A stretch of DNA of 64,000 bases from the NCBI RefSeq assembly GCF_963853765.1, contig NC_088861.1, forward strand, positions 2,480,001 to 2,544,000, given 5' to 3'. The DNA is from Magallana gigas (taxonomy: Eukaryota). A program made the position numbers and the translations under genes. Shown piece by piece: positions 15,584-28,918 of this stretch (the stretch's first letter is position 1; every line of letters starts with the position of its first letter). Below the pieces are notes generated by a model, which worked only from the letters and a program-made list of their open reading frames with translations, did not search any database and was not told the origin of the DNA.

Positions 15584-18500
15584 TTAAGATGCCATAACTG
15601 GTATGGAAGCTGATTCATTAGAAGGCACCCAGTTTTTGAGAGTCAGTTGCTCGAATTCTTCTGGGATGGTCTGGATGCCAACATTTTTGGGCTCGAGATA
15701 TGAGGAGGGGATCTCACGAGGGGGGATTTTAAATGGGGGGATTTCTTTGTACATGCGCTTCTTCTGAGTCTGCATCTCGATCTCAACCTGGGCTCGGTCT
15801 CGCTGAGCCTTGGACCACAGCTCAAAGTCTAACTGACTTTGATTGAATGTACCGTGCATTCTTCGCCTGTAAAGATCAGGAAAGACAACTCTTAAGTCAT
15901 TACAACCGTGTACAATGTCATCATTATAAAACATGTGTACAAAAAAATTGTGTGTAAATTTATAGATCCATTTAAAATGATTATTTATCTTGGACTCACA
16001 GAAAAATGAAATAATGAATCTATAAAGTAATGTCAAAAAGATTCCAATAATTCTTGTGAAAAAATTAAATACAATTAATATTCATAATTAAATAAAAATA
16101 AAATACAATTAATATTCATAATTACTCTTTATTCATATATTTTTCTTTATTCAACCTATCTACGTTTAATTGGAATCATTTGAATTATGGGTTAGTCCAT
16201 GCAAGCATAATTAATTGAGTTTTTTTAATATTTATAAAGTTGAATGTAGTGAGCATCTTGGAGAATCAATACTAGTATAATATAGAGATTAATTTCATCA
16301 ACAGATCTCTTTAACTTGATCTGTAGATGCATGAGTTCATTATGATATAAAAATCATGAATATATACTTAAATATCAATAAAAATATCAATAAAAGAAAC
16401 TCCTACAAGCCATGTTCAATATTAATTCAACTCATATAAAAAAATTAATTCGGCCAATTAAAAAAATTCTAAAACACGTACCAGCTCTAAATTTCTAATT
16501 TGGAAATAATTAATAATCTAACTATTTTAATCAAGCATATGATAAACATAAATAACTGATATGATACATTTACAATCAAATGAATTATTTTTTTTCAACA
16601 CCTCTAGGATACGACTCTTTTGACTGACATTATATAGTCAGGAGATCGTTCTAATTATTTACTTGATTAACTTCTATGGTCCTTTAACCCCTAGTTACAG
16701 TATTTATAATTGAGTGATTAATATTTTACAGTGAAACACGGTTATAATGAACACATTTATAATGAATTGATGCTGACAGTGAAGTTAATTTTATTCCCTG
16801 TAACTTAATTACTTGTTGTAATCTTTGCGGTTATAACGAATTATGCTTAACGAAGCAAAATCGCCCTTCCGTAGCACTTTGTTTTACTGTAATGTATGTT
16901 AAATGATATTTTATGAAATTTAATAACTTGACCTGTCTGCTACAGTAATGTTGAGTTTTCATGATGGCAGACAGGTGACATATACAGGGGTTTTTCAAAA
17001 GTGGTTATTTTTACTAACCACATTTGGGGGTTAAGGAAGGAGTCTTTTCTGGTTTTCGACTTGTCTAACGTATATTTGATTATTTGTTCATTAAATCAAG
17101 ATGAAAGGAAATTAAAATAGAATAGTATATTTTTCGTTCTTTTTTATTATCATACAACTTGGCATATAGAAAGTAATCAATGTTTAGAATCTAACAAGGA
17201 CTATATTTTTGGCGTAATATTGGCGTAGGAAAATATCACATGTTTCGCGATTCAGAATTTCTGCAGATTAATGAGTCTGTGTTAGCATTTTAAAAACAAT
17301 AACATTAATGTTTGATTTTTTTACTAATGTGAACCAATGATATGATACTTGGGTTTCAGAATATATTTTTAAAATATGATTTGCCTATCAAATTACATTT
17401 TTATAAGCTTTCTAAAGCGCCCATTCTATACATTGATTTTTGTGAAAAAATCACTAAAATCAGTTTTTCTCTCTTATTAAATGGTCAATGTATTAGCTTT
17501 TCTGTCAATTTATATCTTTATATAAAGTCTTCATTATAAATAAAAATCAGAAATATTTTATTATTGGAAGCATAAATCTTCAAAATTTAAGAAAATTAGA
17601 GGAAATGCGGGCTAAGCAATATCTTCAAATTTAGTGTAAATATTTATTCCAATTTAGTAGTATAAACTGATAAACATTCTGATATTCTATCATTTCATTG
17701 AAGAAAAGAATCTTCAAATCTTAAACAAATGTCTACAAAACTACAAAGCGCTACACTTATTTTCATCATCCTTTTCGTTGAGGAAAAAGGTAGTGACCTT
17801 GACCTGACCTTTACGCAAAAACAAAAAGGTCAAATTTGATTTAACTGATAGAATCATTTGGTAATATGATCCGTTTGACTGTGTCAAAATTTCATGAATT
17901 TCTATTATTATAAGAAGTATGTTTGATAACGAGAAGACTCCTTCCTTAAAGGAGAATGGGAGAAACAATTATGGTACTGCAAGAAGAATTCTGTAGGGTT
18001 CTTATAGTGGGGATTGAATTAAAAGGATCTATAATTTAGTATAGTTAATTTAATTCAAGAATAATTAAATGCAAGTATGTAAATAGATTATATTATTCAG
18101 GTATATTAATGTATGGTCTGTCCACAGGGGCATCTTATCCACTCTGCTCTCTAATATGACATATATGTGAATAATACACTGTATGATAATAATGTATTAT
18201 TTGTATATGTCATATAGAGCAGAGTGGATAAGATGCTCCTGTGGTCTATATTAATTTTTTTTTAAATTGTTTTTGGGAGGGGTGAAAAATAAAGAAAAAC
18301 TATATATCAAACTATGTAACAATTATTAATACAGAAAGGTTGAACTGAAAGGGAGGTAATTCTGCATAATACCAATCTGAAATCTAGACTAAATACCAAT
18401 AACTTACCATTTTCAATGTTAATGGGACCGTACTAAATAAAGGTACACGAAAATTAGCAACACAATACAGATACATATAATACCAAGCGAAATAAGCACA

Positions 18501-21500
18501 CACAAATGTTGATGGTGATCAAATGAATAGAATGATTTCGATGATAGCTGACAGTTTGAGAGATTAAATACTGTAAATTCCTTATTTTACGCAAGTACTT
18601 AATTCCGCTGTTATGTGTCAAATCAGGAAAATATAAAAACGCAATCACCATTTTCTTGTTATTTCCTATAGTTCAAAACTGTATGAAAAATAAAGGCGAG
18701 ATTTTAGAATCTGCGAGGATTGCTTCTCACGATTTTATGTGGAAATTAATTCCTTGCGTTTTATTAGGAATCTACAGTACATTCATCAATATTTTATACA
18801 GAAATACAGGGTATACACATATACATGTATTATGATAATGTGTATCAGACAGATGTAAAACCTGCATGAAATTCTCTGTTCAACTGATGCTAGACTACTG
18901 TGAATAATAGACAGCATGTCACATGGTATGTCATGTGATCATGCAGGTGAGTGTCATCACATGCTGATCATGTGACAGTGTGGTGCCATTATATCAACAT
19001 GCGGTGAAAGAGAAGCTGTCCTATCTATTCCTGATCTATTTTTAGACTTACTGAAATTTCTCCAAGCATGCATCCTGCCTCTATATCATAAGATATTGAA
19101 TATTACATAAGTCTCGCTTACAGATAGATATTTTTACGTAGTATGTAATGTACCATGCTCGTTAGCATTTCTCCTACAAAGGTATTACAATTCATGCAAC
19201 ACACATGCTCATATAAGGGTAAGCAAAGAGCATCTTTTAATTTACACATGCATTTGAGAACTAAATTTTTTTTACATGCAAAGACATTTAACATTTGTTT
19301 TGTTAAAATACAAGTACCACCTTTAAGATAATATAAATTTTATTGCATTAACTTCAATTTGGTTTTTTGTTGAATTAAAAAATATTTTAACCTTATAATT
19401 TGATAATTTTGCTTTCAACAGCTGAATTCATTTTGAGTCCATGCCAGAAAAATCTAGTAACTGTATAAAAGGCAGCCATGCAGAACATTATCCAAGAGCA
19501 CTCGATAGATCCACTCAAAGCAAGAGACAACTCTCTGCAAGGTTAATTAATCGTGTCGAAAGTGAGTTACCCATAACCTTCACACATCACTGAATAGCTA
19601 CAGTTCAATGACTACTGACCTGCTGGCCATGCGAGGAGTGCTCTCTATGTTGTGGAGGGGCATTTCTAGCCACCTAACGCTGTCCGTGCCTTGTCGCCCA
19701 AGTGGAACCAGGGGCAAGGGAGGCAACTTGACCTGCTCGATATCTTTATCGGTGTAATCATTTCCCGTCAGACATCTTAGAATTGTCCTCTCCTCAGCGC
19801 TGCGCTCGCGACCCTGAGATAACAGTGGGTCCCGGAACGCCTTCGTGGCAATCTACAAATAACACATACTCTGTCAGAATTCATGATCGGTCACCCATAT
19901 AGACATAAATTATACAACATATTGGACAAGATTTCATGCTACAATCAATAAACAATGAAAGTGTAAGACCCAGACAATGATTAAAATAATTAACTTAACA
20001 GTTACAGGTACATGTATTACAAAACACGAACAATCTCACGTATGACCTTCACCTGATTCAAACCATTCAATAAGAAAATATCTTTACCATGTACATATAA
20101 TAACACTGAAGCATCATTCACCATTTTGTGTGAGTCCTTAGTGTGCTCTTTCACAGCTATGTCAAGTTTTAATTGTATTATTTTTGCACTATATATTATG
20201 TATTCTTGATTACAACATTATCTACATTACAAGTTTTATTAAGACAAAAAGAGATATTTTTATTGCAAATTCTGTAAATAGAGATGTTATATTATTGTAT
20301 AATATATATATAGAAACATTATTTCACTGAATTAATTAGCCAACAAGTATTACAACACATAAGTCCCGCTACCCATGTTACAAACTACAAACAGAAAGTT
20401 TAGTGTCAGATATTGGTTACTGTGGTGTCTGGTTTCCATGGATACCATGTAACCACGGATACAACAGGTGAGTGTTGCATTACCTGTGCTGGTGCTGTGA
20501 CCGGCCTTGACTCAGGGACATTAAAAACTACCTGTATTTTGCACAAAGTTTCACATTAGACAATAAACAAAAGATATACATGGTGCATGAACACAGCTTT
20601 TGCCCCTCTAGCCATGCCTGTTGTTTTGAACAGTCTTACCTTAAGTATTTTGTCTTCAGAAAGCAAGGAGTTCATACAGTAAAGTTAGATAACTCACTTC
20701 ATATAAACATTGTGCTATAAATTCAGACAAAGGGTAAAAATGGAGAGATTCTGTCATGTTTTCTTTGATATCATGAATAATGCAGTGAGCAGAAGAGAGG
20801 AATATAGCGAGGCTAAATCTAGCCAAAATCAGAGAAGGGAAAAATGAACACACATGCACTCTTGAGGGATCAATTAATTGGTGGCTTGCACTAGCAATCT
20901 CAAAATCAAGTGCCTATTGCAAAGTCAATTAGAGAGGAAAACCCAGGCAACATTTGTCAAGCAAAATTCAGTGATTGTTTTTGGCAGTCAAATTTTTAAA
21001 TGAAAAAAAAAAATAAAGAAATACACAAACATCAAATTTAATAAAAGAAAGAAGCATTTCATGAAAGGTTTTTATCAATGCTGTTACAATCACTGAATAA
21101 ACTGACAGAGAGGATGGTTGCCATGACTACCTTGTAGTGTTGATGGTCAAACCGTCGCTTGGCAGCAGCCATGTGCTTGCTCCATTTGAGACAAGAATGC
21201 TGATTGGTTAGGAAATAAAGAGGATTGTACTAAGGGTATATATACAGAGCATGAAAATTCCCCTGAATACAGGTAATATCTAACAAGATGAAAGAGCTCA
21301 AGACAGAGAGGATTCAGATAAGGCAGAGTGTCTTTTAACATATGCCTGTATATTTCAATACAGTCATATTTTGTTAAAAGGAAATACAGCACTGGCATTT
21401 CTGTATTTGTTCAATACAAATTGCTAAGATGAGGCATGAAAATAAATGTTCAACAAAGTAAGAAACAATAAAAAAAATGATTCTGTTGTAGTCAAGTTTA

Positions 21501-24500
21501 GGTATATCAATTTGATGCAGATGAATAATAATGAAACCACAGTAAATACCGTAAACCAACTTTTATATATTTGCGAGCGAGAAAATATTTTGAGGTTTGC
21601 GAGAGCTCCATCGTTGTGAATATTTCTTGCGCTTACCAGCCCTTGTCGTCTGATTGTCATAACAACACAGGTCTGTTTAAAGCTTACTCGCAAAAATTAG
21701 TCGTTGAAAACCAGTTTGTCTGCAGTAAATCATAAAATAATGTTGTCTGGAACAAAAGTTGGTTTACAGTGCATATCCAAGTAATATATGGACCACATGT
21801 AGTTTATAATCATCATCTTTTAAATTTGATTGGTTGGGAGCTACAGGAAGGTTAAATTTTTGGAATGATCTTTAAATTTAGGATATAAACTGATAAATTT
21901 TGGTGGTTCAATTTATACATGTGTGTAATCAAAGCTTTAAGTCTAAAAAACCCAAAATTTGGAGGATGATAAATGCTAATGTAATATCAAAAAGATCAAT
22001 GATGTAGATCTTTTTCTGTATATGTTAATTTATCACACATTACAAAATGAAATTTTGAAAGAACTATCAAAACAGCACATATACAAGTAGACATATTGAC
22101 ATACAAGTACAAACTTAGTCCTTTTAAGTTGATGTTCAGGTTGGGAAAGCAAACACATTTTTGACATTTTGCAATGAATGGAAACAGAAACATTAACTAT
22201 GGGAAACTAACATATTTTCCATACTACGATAACTGGTAAATATCTAAAGTATAAAAAAAAGCAAGACACTGGAGTTTTCTATAAAGTAAGGAAATACCGG
22301 GTACATGAATGTCACTACACATGGGAAACAGAATTTTCATTTACCTTTTTCTCAGAAAAGTACACCTGGATTAAAAAATCTATTTGTCTTACATCTACAT
22401 TAAATTTTAAGTTGCAACTTTTATTACTCATTTGCTCTAAAAAAAAATCTATAGATTTGTGCATCAATCAGTCTAGAATAAATGGGGGATAGGGAGTAGG
22501 CATTTACCTTGATAGGAGCTGGTCTATGTCCGTTTAATGCCTGGGCATAGTACTCGGAGGGATCCATGGTGTCTAAAAATACATGACCCTGAAAAAAAAA
22601 ACAGCATGGAAGAGGATTAAAGTTAATCAATTTTCATCATGCATTTTTTGATTTTCAAATACTGATTTCATTGGGACGATTTAAAAAAAAATTAGTTAAA
22701 CTAAATGACAAAATAAAAATATATGTACATATTAAATATTACAAGGACATATTGTACCTAAACAGTGACTTGCTAGTTCAATATATACATACATGTTCTT
22801 TTTAAAAATTTCCATGTTACAATTATTTTGCTTGTACATGTATATACTCTGTAAAAATGCAATAATCATATAAAGAGGCATTTTTCCTTAATCCATTTAC
22901 CGGTAGGTAATGAGCAAACCTTTTCATTAACAAACTCCAAGTACTGTTTATGCAGCTCTCGTTTCCGACGATCGAGCTCTGGCCAATCCTCTCCATCCAT
23001 CACGTCAATGATTTTCTCCCGGAGAGGTTCATACACACGATCGTTCCACTTCTTGTGTAACATCTCCTTCTTTCGTAGATCCAGGACTTCCTTGGAACTC
23101 ACTACATTCTCCATGTCCTGAAATTAGTCAAAGATGTTAGAGGATTTTTTCTATAGACAAATTATTTCCCTGCATAATTTAGTCTAAACATATTCTTTAC
23201 TGTCTGTATACAACGCTCCTTGAACTAGAGTTGTCTCCCATCATACAGTATAGCAGTATACATTTATATTTCATACAGGTATTTTGTTTCATTTTTGCCC
23301 AAGTCATTTAATAATCATTTCTTCCAATTCATTTTTCTTTCATACATTCAGTTCTGAAGTGTCTCAAATATATTTTTTAATAACATATTTTACAATGAAG
23401 TTGTAAGTATTCTATTATAATAATCTAATCCATTATATACATGATTTACATAATACTGGTAGTTTCAGAAAACAATGAATTGTTTCTGTTATGTGAGGCG
23501 TACCCTGACAAAAGTGTTCTCCACCTCCAGTAGCGGGTTGTATAATTCACGGGCTTCTTTAGTCTCCACATCAGATCTCTCCTGAAAAAGTCATTGAAAA
23601 TTAAAAACCCTGTCCCACCTCTCAAACGACACAGTTATACTACCTTGTTAATTAAAACACAATCTAAACATGCAAAGGAAATATATATGAAAATATATAA
23701 ATACACAGTTCAAGAAATAATCAATACATTTTAAGCACCACTTAAAGAATGATTTTTACATGTACAATTTCATGTCTTCACTAAAACAAAAGCATGCTCA
23801 TATACTTATTTTGGAAAGCAGTGTTTTATTGTTTGGCATGCATTAAAAAAGTAACAAAAGCCATTAAAAAGGGGGAAATTGAGATTATAAAGAACAAAAA
23901 AAAAAAAATTGTGCATTATAATATAGAGTATAGAGTCATAGACATGCAAATTGTCAGATATAATGCTTCAATAAAAAAAAAAACACAGAGAGAATATTCA
24001 CAGACTATTTTATATACAGTTTTTAAGCTTTAAAGATGCTAAATCAGGCAACAGGGTTAAATATTATTTAAAAGAATGCATGTCAAATAAAAATCTGGAG
24101 ACAGCTGAGAATATTAATGGTATAGCCTTGGTGTTTGCTGATCACAGACCACATCAATCCATGCATAATTTCCACGCATTTTCATTTGCATGGTGCCCTA
24201 CCTTTAGGTATGTAGAGTTGACAATCTGAAAATGTATCTAATGAGCTGAGAAAGAAGAAAAAACTACAAACTACAGACCTACACAGAAAGATTTGTGCCC
24301 CATTCCCAAAATATGACCAAAATAGAGATTAGTGAATCAAATTGTTTTTTTTTTCTTTAAAATAAAAGCAGCTGCAAATCAGTAGACATTTTTGTTCTAT
24401 CACCAAAGTGCAAAAATTGATTTTAAGAGGTGTTCAAGTTTCAGTTTTAATTACTATTTAATAAGTGCTGCATCCCTCATAAAATGAAGATTTTTATTTT

Positions 24501-26057
24501 GATCTAATTTTAAAATTTCTGTGCACTGTGTTTATATAACTGTAATATACATGTACTATGATATAAAAATTGAAAATAGAATAAAGAACATATCAGGAAA
24601 TATATTTCAAAGTGAAACTCAATAACATATATCTATCCAAAGACATGCAATGTGCTTCCTTGTTGTGAAATATAATCATGACATATATATAAATACTCTG
24701 TTCTTTTCTACAATAAATAAAGCTATATATACATGTACATTTGACCAAAGAGAAAAGAGAAAGAGCAATACAATAAGCTATAAAATGACATTTGTATACC
24801 TGTTTTTCTACCCAGGCCTGAGGTATATCAAACTGTAAGAATAAACATTATGAAAGTTCAACCCCAAGCAATTAATAAAAAGATGTAGTTCCCAGAGAAA
24901 GGCAGACAAGATTGTCTTTTGGGGTGTTTACATTCAAATGCCAAAGATAACTATCTGGCAAACACATGCATCTATACACTTCAGACAGGCTACAATTTTC
25001 CCTCTATTATAAAACAGAGTATTATTTGAATTTGGAATTATTTTGATTCTTGGAATTTAGGGCTTTTAAGAAAATTCCCCTTAAGTAGACTAACTTAGAC
25101 AAGTAACATGAATTTTTATTGTTTGATGTGTTCGTTTTAACTAACTAAAGTCAACTAACATGAATTTTTCTTATGGATAGTCTAAGGGCATTTTTCTTAA
25201 AAGCCCTAAATTCCAAGAATCAAAATAATTTCGAATTCAAATAATACTCTGATATAATAATATGAGAAAAAATCAACAATATTTTTTTCAGTTTTTTTTT
25301 TATATATATACAGAAGAATCATATAGAGGGATGATATATGAATTTAAATATACTCTGGTATATATTTATGAAAAGGTAGATAATGTCGACCTCATATTGG
25401 AATCATGCAACAAGTTCATAATGGTAAGAGGTTTCTTTCGCTAGTTTTCTATACATTACCTGCAATCCTTTTACTGTCTTCTCATTCAACCAATCCTGAA
25501 CACGGAGAGTCTGCCCTATCAAACTTTTGGAATCTACTTTAGACTGGATAACAGATGTTGACATCGGTCTTCTTGTTCGTTTTCTATACACATCACTTTT
25601 ATTCATTTTCTGTGTGAAAAAAAAAACATGCAAACAATCATGAATATTGAATTTACCATAGAACTTACTCGATTTGTCATCACTCACTCAGACTAAAAAT
25701 TCTTCGCCTCTCGAGGCAGTCATTTCACTTACAAAAGAACTGCAAGATTTTTCATAACAAAGAAAAAGAACCATTTTAAATATAAATGCTGACAGCTGTC
25801 AGTTAATAATTACATGAATATGTTTATGTTCATTTCATAAGATATTAGGATATCCTACTCAAATGGCTCTGCAAAATCAATTTAGATATGCAGATAAAAG
25901 AGCACCATATTTAAAAGCAAAAATTGAAGACAATAAGCAAATATCTTACCATTGTTCTGATATGATCTTTACTATCAATCATCAGCTCATCCACTACATC
26001 CGACGAATGAACGCTAACCTTTCCCCCTGGTTGTTTAACACATAATAATGATGCCAT
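15584..26057 (-). CDS. FAM228B: FAM228 family protein (FAM228B-like), ~376 aa
   Basis: Minus-strand GT-AG exons 26057-25950, 25609-25460, 23581-23504, 23117-22920, 22588-22508, 19852-19620, 15866-15584 join in frame. Motifs LDLRKKEMLHKKWNDRVYEPL, HKQYLEFVNEKGHVFLDTMDPSEY, AFRDPLLSQ..EERTILRCLTG and WLEMPLHNIES resemble remembered FAM228B. The first two exons have less support from homology. Confidence 0.82.
16729..16889. mobile_element. Short TA-flanked MITE
   Basis: TA|CAGTGAAACA...TGTTTTACTG|TA, 9/10 inverted terminal match. Confidence 0.55.
18122..18244. repeat. Long near-perfect hairpin (~123 nt)
   Basis: CCACAGGGGCATCTTATCCACTCTGCTCT pairs with AGAGCAGAGTGGATAAGATGCTCCTGTGG; inner arms AATAATACA/TGTATTATT also pair. 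Confidence 0.85.
18571..18777. mobile_element. TA-flanked MITE, same family as 8088-8309
   Basis: TA|CTGTAAATTCCTTATTTTACGCAAG...CTTGCGTTTTATTAGGAATCTACAG|TA; shares internal GCGAGATTTTAGA..CTGC..GCTTCTC with the 8.1-kb copy. Confidence 0.75.
20432..20445 (-). promoter_or_regulatory. RFX X-box motif in FAM228 intron
   Basis: Minus strand GTATCCATGGAAAC matches the X-box consensus GTHNYYATRRNAAC at 14/14 positions. Confidence 0.45.
20484..20531 (-). CDS. Candidate FAM228 cassette exon VVFNVPESRPVTAPAQ
   Basis: AAAATACAG|GTA...CAG|GTAATG; 48 nt, phase 0-0, stop-free in the gene's frame. Confidence 0.35.
21117..21130 (-). promoter_or_regulatory. RFX X-box motif overlapping a candidate splice donor
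   Basis: Minus strand GTAGTCATGGCAAC matches GTHNYYATRRNAAC at 14/14 positions. Confidence 0.45.
21131..21199 (-). CDS. Candidate FAM228 alternative (cassette or first) exon HSCLKWSKHMAAAKRRFDHQHYK
   Basis: TTTATTTCCTAACCAATCAG| 69 nt |GTAGTC; phase 0-0, stop-free, internal in-frame ATG at 21172. Confidence 0.4.
21549..21769. mobile_element. Mariner-type MITE
   Basis: TIR C(C/T)GTAAACCAACTTTT at both ends; TA on the left flank only. Confidence 0.65.
25015..25251. mobile_element. Foldback MITE with ~60-bp TIRs
   Basis: CAGAGTATTATTTGAATTTGGAATTATTTTGATTCTTGGAATTTAGGGCTTTTAAGAAAA matches the reverse complement of 25192-25251 with 2 mismatches. Confidence 0.85.
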
Positions 26058-26176
26058 GACTTTCTTCCCCACCCCTGGGGGCGAGTTCACTTGAAATCTG
26101 GATCAAATATCCTGAAAATAAACAGAGAAGAGGTTCAGAAAGAAACGAGCCTCCTCACCTTCTCTCCCGCGTCCGC

Positions 26177-26211
26177 CATATTTCAACAATGTGACGTCAC
26201 ATAGAGATTGG
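26177..26211 (-). promoter_or_regulatory. Putative FAM228 proximal promoter (CRE palindrome and CCAAT box)
   Basis: GTGACGTCAC perfect palindrome at 26191-26200 and ATTGG at 26207-26211, just upstream of a small first exon (26179-26159) with a GTGAG donor. A TTCCGGGAA motif lies at 26397-26405. Confidence 0.5.
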
Positions 26212-28013
26212 TCTATCCGGTAAAATTTGTATTTTCAGTGAAATTTGCAAGGTTTTAAATTTTTTACCAATGAACAAGAAGTCCATGTAAATGTCATTAA
26301 ATACTAGACGGTTGAAATGAATGAAATTAAAGTTAAAGAAGAAAACACGAAACAAACAATCAATGAAAAGTTCACTTCCTTAGTAATGCCCTAAACTTCC
26401 GGGAAGGGAAATCACTCCAATATTTTGAAGCAGAAGTGCTGAAGTCTTGGACGATGGTAATGAAGCTATTGTTTCAAACTTTTTATTTTTTGATTCACCA
26501 CATACTTTCCCCTAACATGACATAATTTGATATGTTATGAAGCATCTACATATTCATATTGACGCATAATGTCTATGCAACACTTCATATGACAATATGC
26601 TTTTTGCAAAAGAAAGTTTAAACCAAAAAAATCGACTTTGAAGATATACATAAGGTCTATCTATTTAGAGATAATGTCATGCCATATGGTTAAATGAGCT
26701 CATTATTGATAAAAGAATATCAATATTAAACAATTAGTGTTTATTCAACAGATTCTTTCCCAAACAGATTTGTTACAAGGTATGATACATAAATATCGTA
26801 CTTTGTTAACTAAATAAACATAAAACAAATTGATTTGACCCCTCCCCATGTATAAATTTATTCAAAGCATCATAGATCTCATCCTTTGGGTGAAAGGTAA
26901 AGCAGGACTTTGCGTCGCTATATCACATTCATAATTCTAACAAACCCATGTAGTGACTGAGTTCATTGCATTAAAGTCTGTCCCAAGTTATTGCTTCCAT
27001 CAATTTTTGATGATTTTTAATAAAAATACACATACCTGTGAAAGAAATACAATTGAAATCGATGAAAGGGAATATATCCAAGGTATCTACATGAAACAAT
27101 TATCAATTTTCACTCATAAAATTTCACAGGAACGAAAACAATTTTCTTACGGAGATTTGTAATGGGAAATGTTTACATCTTTTCTCCATTCAGAATACAC
27201 TCGGAATACATCGCGCAATTTTTTAACATTATCATCCGGGCTTTTTAATGGCTGATCCGTCAATTTTTGGATGTGTATTGAAACCTAGAGGGGGCGTTTC
27301 AAAACAGATAATATGGACATTTTTCATATTAGTGGATGAACGTATTTGAGCACAAAAGTATTTACTACATGTATTATCACTGTATTATTGGAATATCAAG
27401 CAAAAAGTGGTGGAAGCAAAAACTCGGGACAGAGTTTAGGATAAACCATGAAGGGCTCTCCGGAGAATAGCTGTACTTGAAAAAAAAATTACTGTTACTT
27501 TCATATAAGAAACCTATGCTTGGAAATGACAGAGAGGCCTTGATTTTGCCATCTAAATATAACAGAAATAACTGCACTGTTTTCTTTTCCGCTTTCAAGC
27601 TTTCATGCAATAATTTGATACTTTCTTGAATTAATTTAATTACAAATAATATATAAGCACTAAAATTAAAGAAAAAAGAAAGACTTCTTGAATCTGCAAG
27701 TATCCTTTATGAATTTAACAGCACCATAAAATAAAATTTATTTCATATAAAGTAATTGATACATATTTCATACTGAATGATTTTGTTTAGTCAGGCAAGC
27801 TTGTAAGAAAGCTATTACTTATAATTTATAATTCAGTTATGACTGATTAAAAATAAGGACCAAAAGTAAAGACAAAAATAGCAAAGTCATAGAAGATTTA
27901 GTTTTGTCCAATGAGTACTGTCAGACTTTCACTCATTCATCCACTTTAAATCTCTCCTTTTACCTAACTGTAATTTACACAGTTTGTCTCTTTATATTTT
28001 GGAACTACTATAA

Positions 28014-28016
<3 letters not shown>

Positions 28017-28060
<44 letters not shown>
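28017..28060. repeat. (CT)n microsatellite
   Basis: Pure CT run. Confidence 0.95.
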
Positions 28061-28063
<3 letters not shown>

Positions 28064-28160
28064 CAAGAGGAAAGAATTCTAAATGTTTAATATGCTCTTG
28101 AATAAATAATCTTTGAAAAAAGAAAAGAAATTAACGAATAACATTGGACAGATTGTTAGG

Positions 28161-28850
28161 TCAGACTAAGCGGAATTGGTGTATACGACATTGTTTTTAA
28201 GTCTCTTTACTTTTCTGAGAGGGATTGTCCTGAATCTTCTTTCAATTACCATAATTCTATTTCTTTCAGAATTTACTGGTAACTTGTAAATCTAACATGT
28301 TTCTCATCTGTCCGATATTTGAATCAATACATCATATCAGTTTTTATGAAGGAAAGTTAAGGTGTGTTGGTAATTAGCTTTTAGAAGTACAAGCCCTGTG
28401 TTATTGCCTTAGATTAGACCCTAGCTGAAGCTTGACTGGTTTTAATGACCTTCTAAATTTTAAAATCTTGCATATAAAAATGGTATTAAACATCTGTTTG
28501 TAACATTTCTGTCTCATAAGTTGAAATTTATTGTGAAATTTTAAATCACAGATTTTTTATTCACAAAAATAATGATGCAAATCTCCTATCAATAAATTGA
28601 AGGTTGTATTACCATTACATTTCATAGCTAGGAGTTAATCAAAATTTAAATGGAAAAATGAAGTACCGGTAGATGCTATTCATGGCAGTCATTATTTCCT
28701 GATAGAAATGTGTTTAAAATGAAAATACTATAAGACAATGATACAATTCTATACGATAATAGAAATATAATCTTTTGAATTGAGTGCATGTGAACTTTAA
28801 GTTAGAAGGCATAATAGGTAAAACTATGTTATATTGGAATGGATACTTCC
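28161..28850 (+). repeat. Diverged ~700-bp direct repeat, copy 1
   Basis: Shares colinear blocks with 34495-35210: GTTAAGGTGTGTTGGTAATTAGCTTTT, CCCTAGCTGAAGCTTG, CTATTCATGGCAGTCATTATTT, GTGAACTTTAAGTT. Confidence 0.85.
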
Positions 28851-28854
28851 AGTG

Positions 28855-28856
<2 letters not shown>

Positions 28857-28915
<59 letters not shown>
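28857..28915. repeat. (CT)n microsatellite
   Basis: Pure TC run. Confidence 0.95.

Positions 28916-28918
<3 letters not shown>

Noticed and set aside
26100-26108. Selenocysteine reading of the in-frame TGA upstream of FAM228
   Set aside because: No SECIS could be identified and there is no family precedent that I know of; it is kept only as a uORF/readthrough question.
27160-27610. Possible THAP-like remnant (FCFHHF) on the minus strand
   Set aside because: Only a loose motif amid many stops; it cannot be supported without a profile search.
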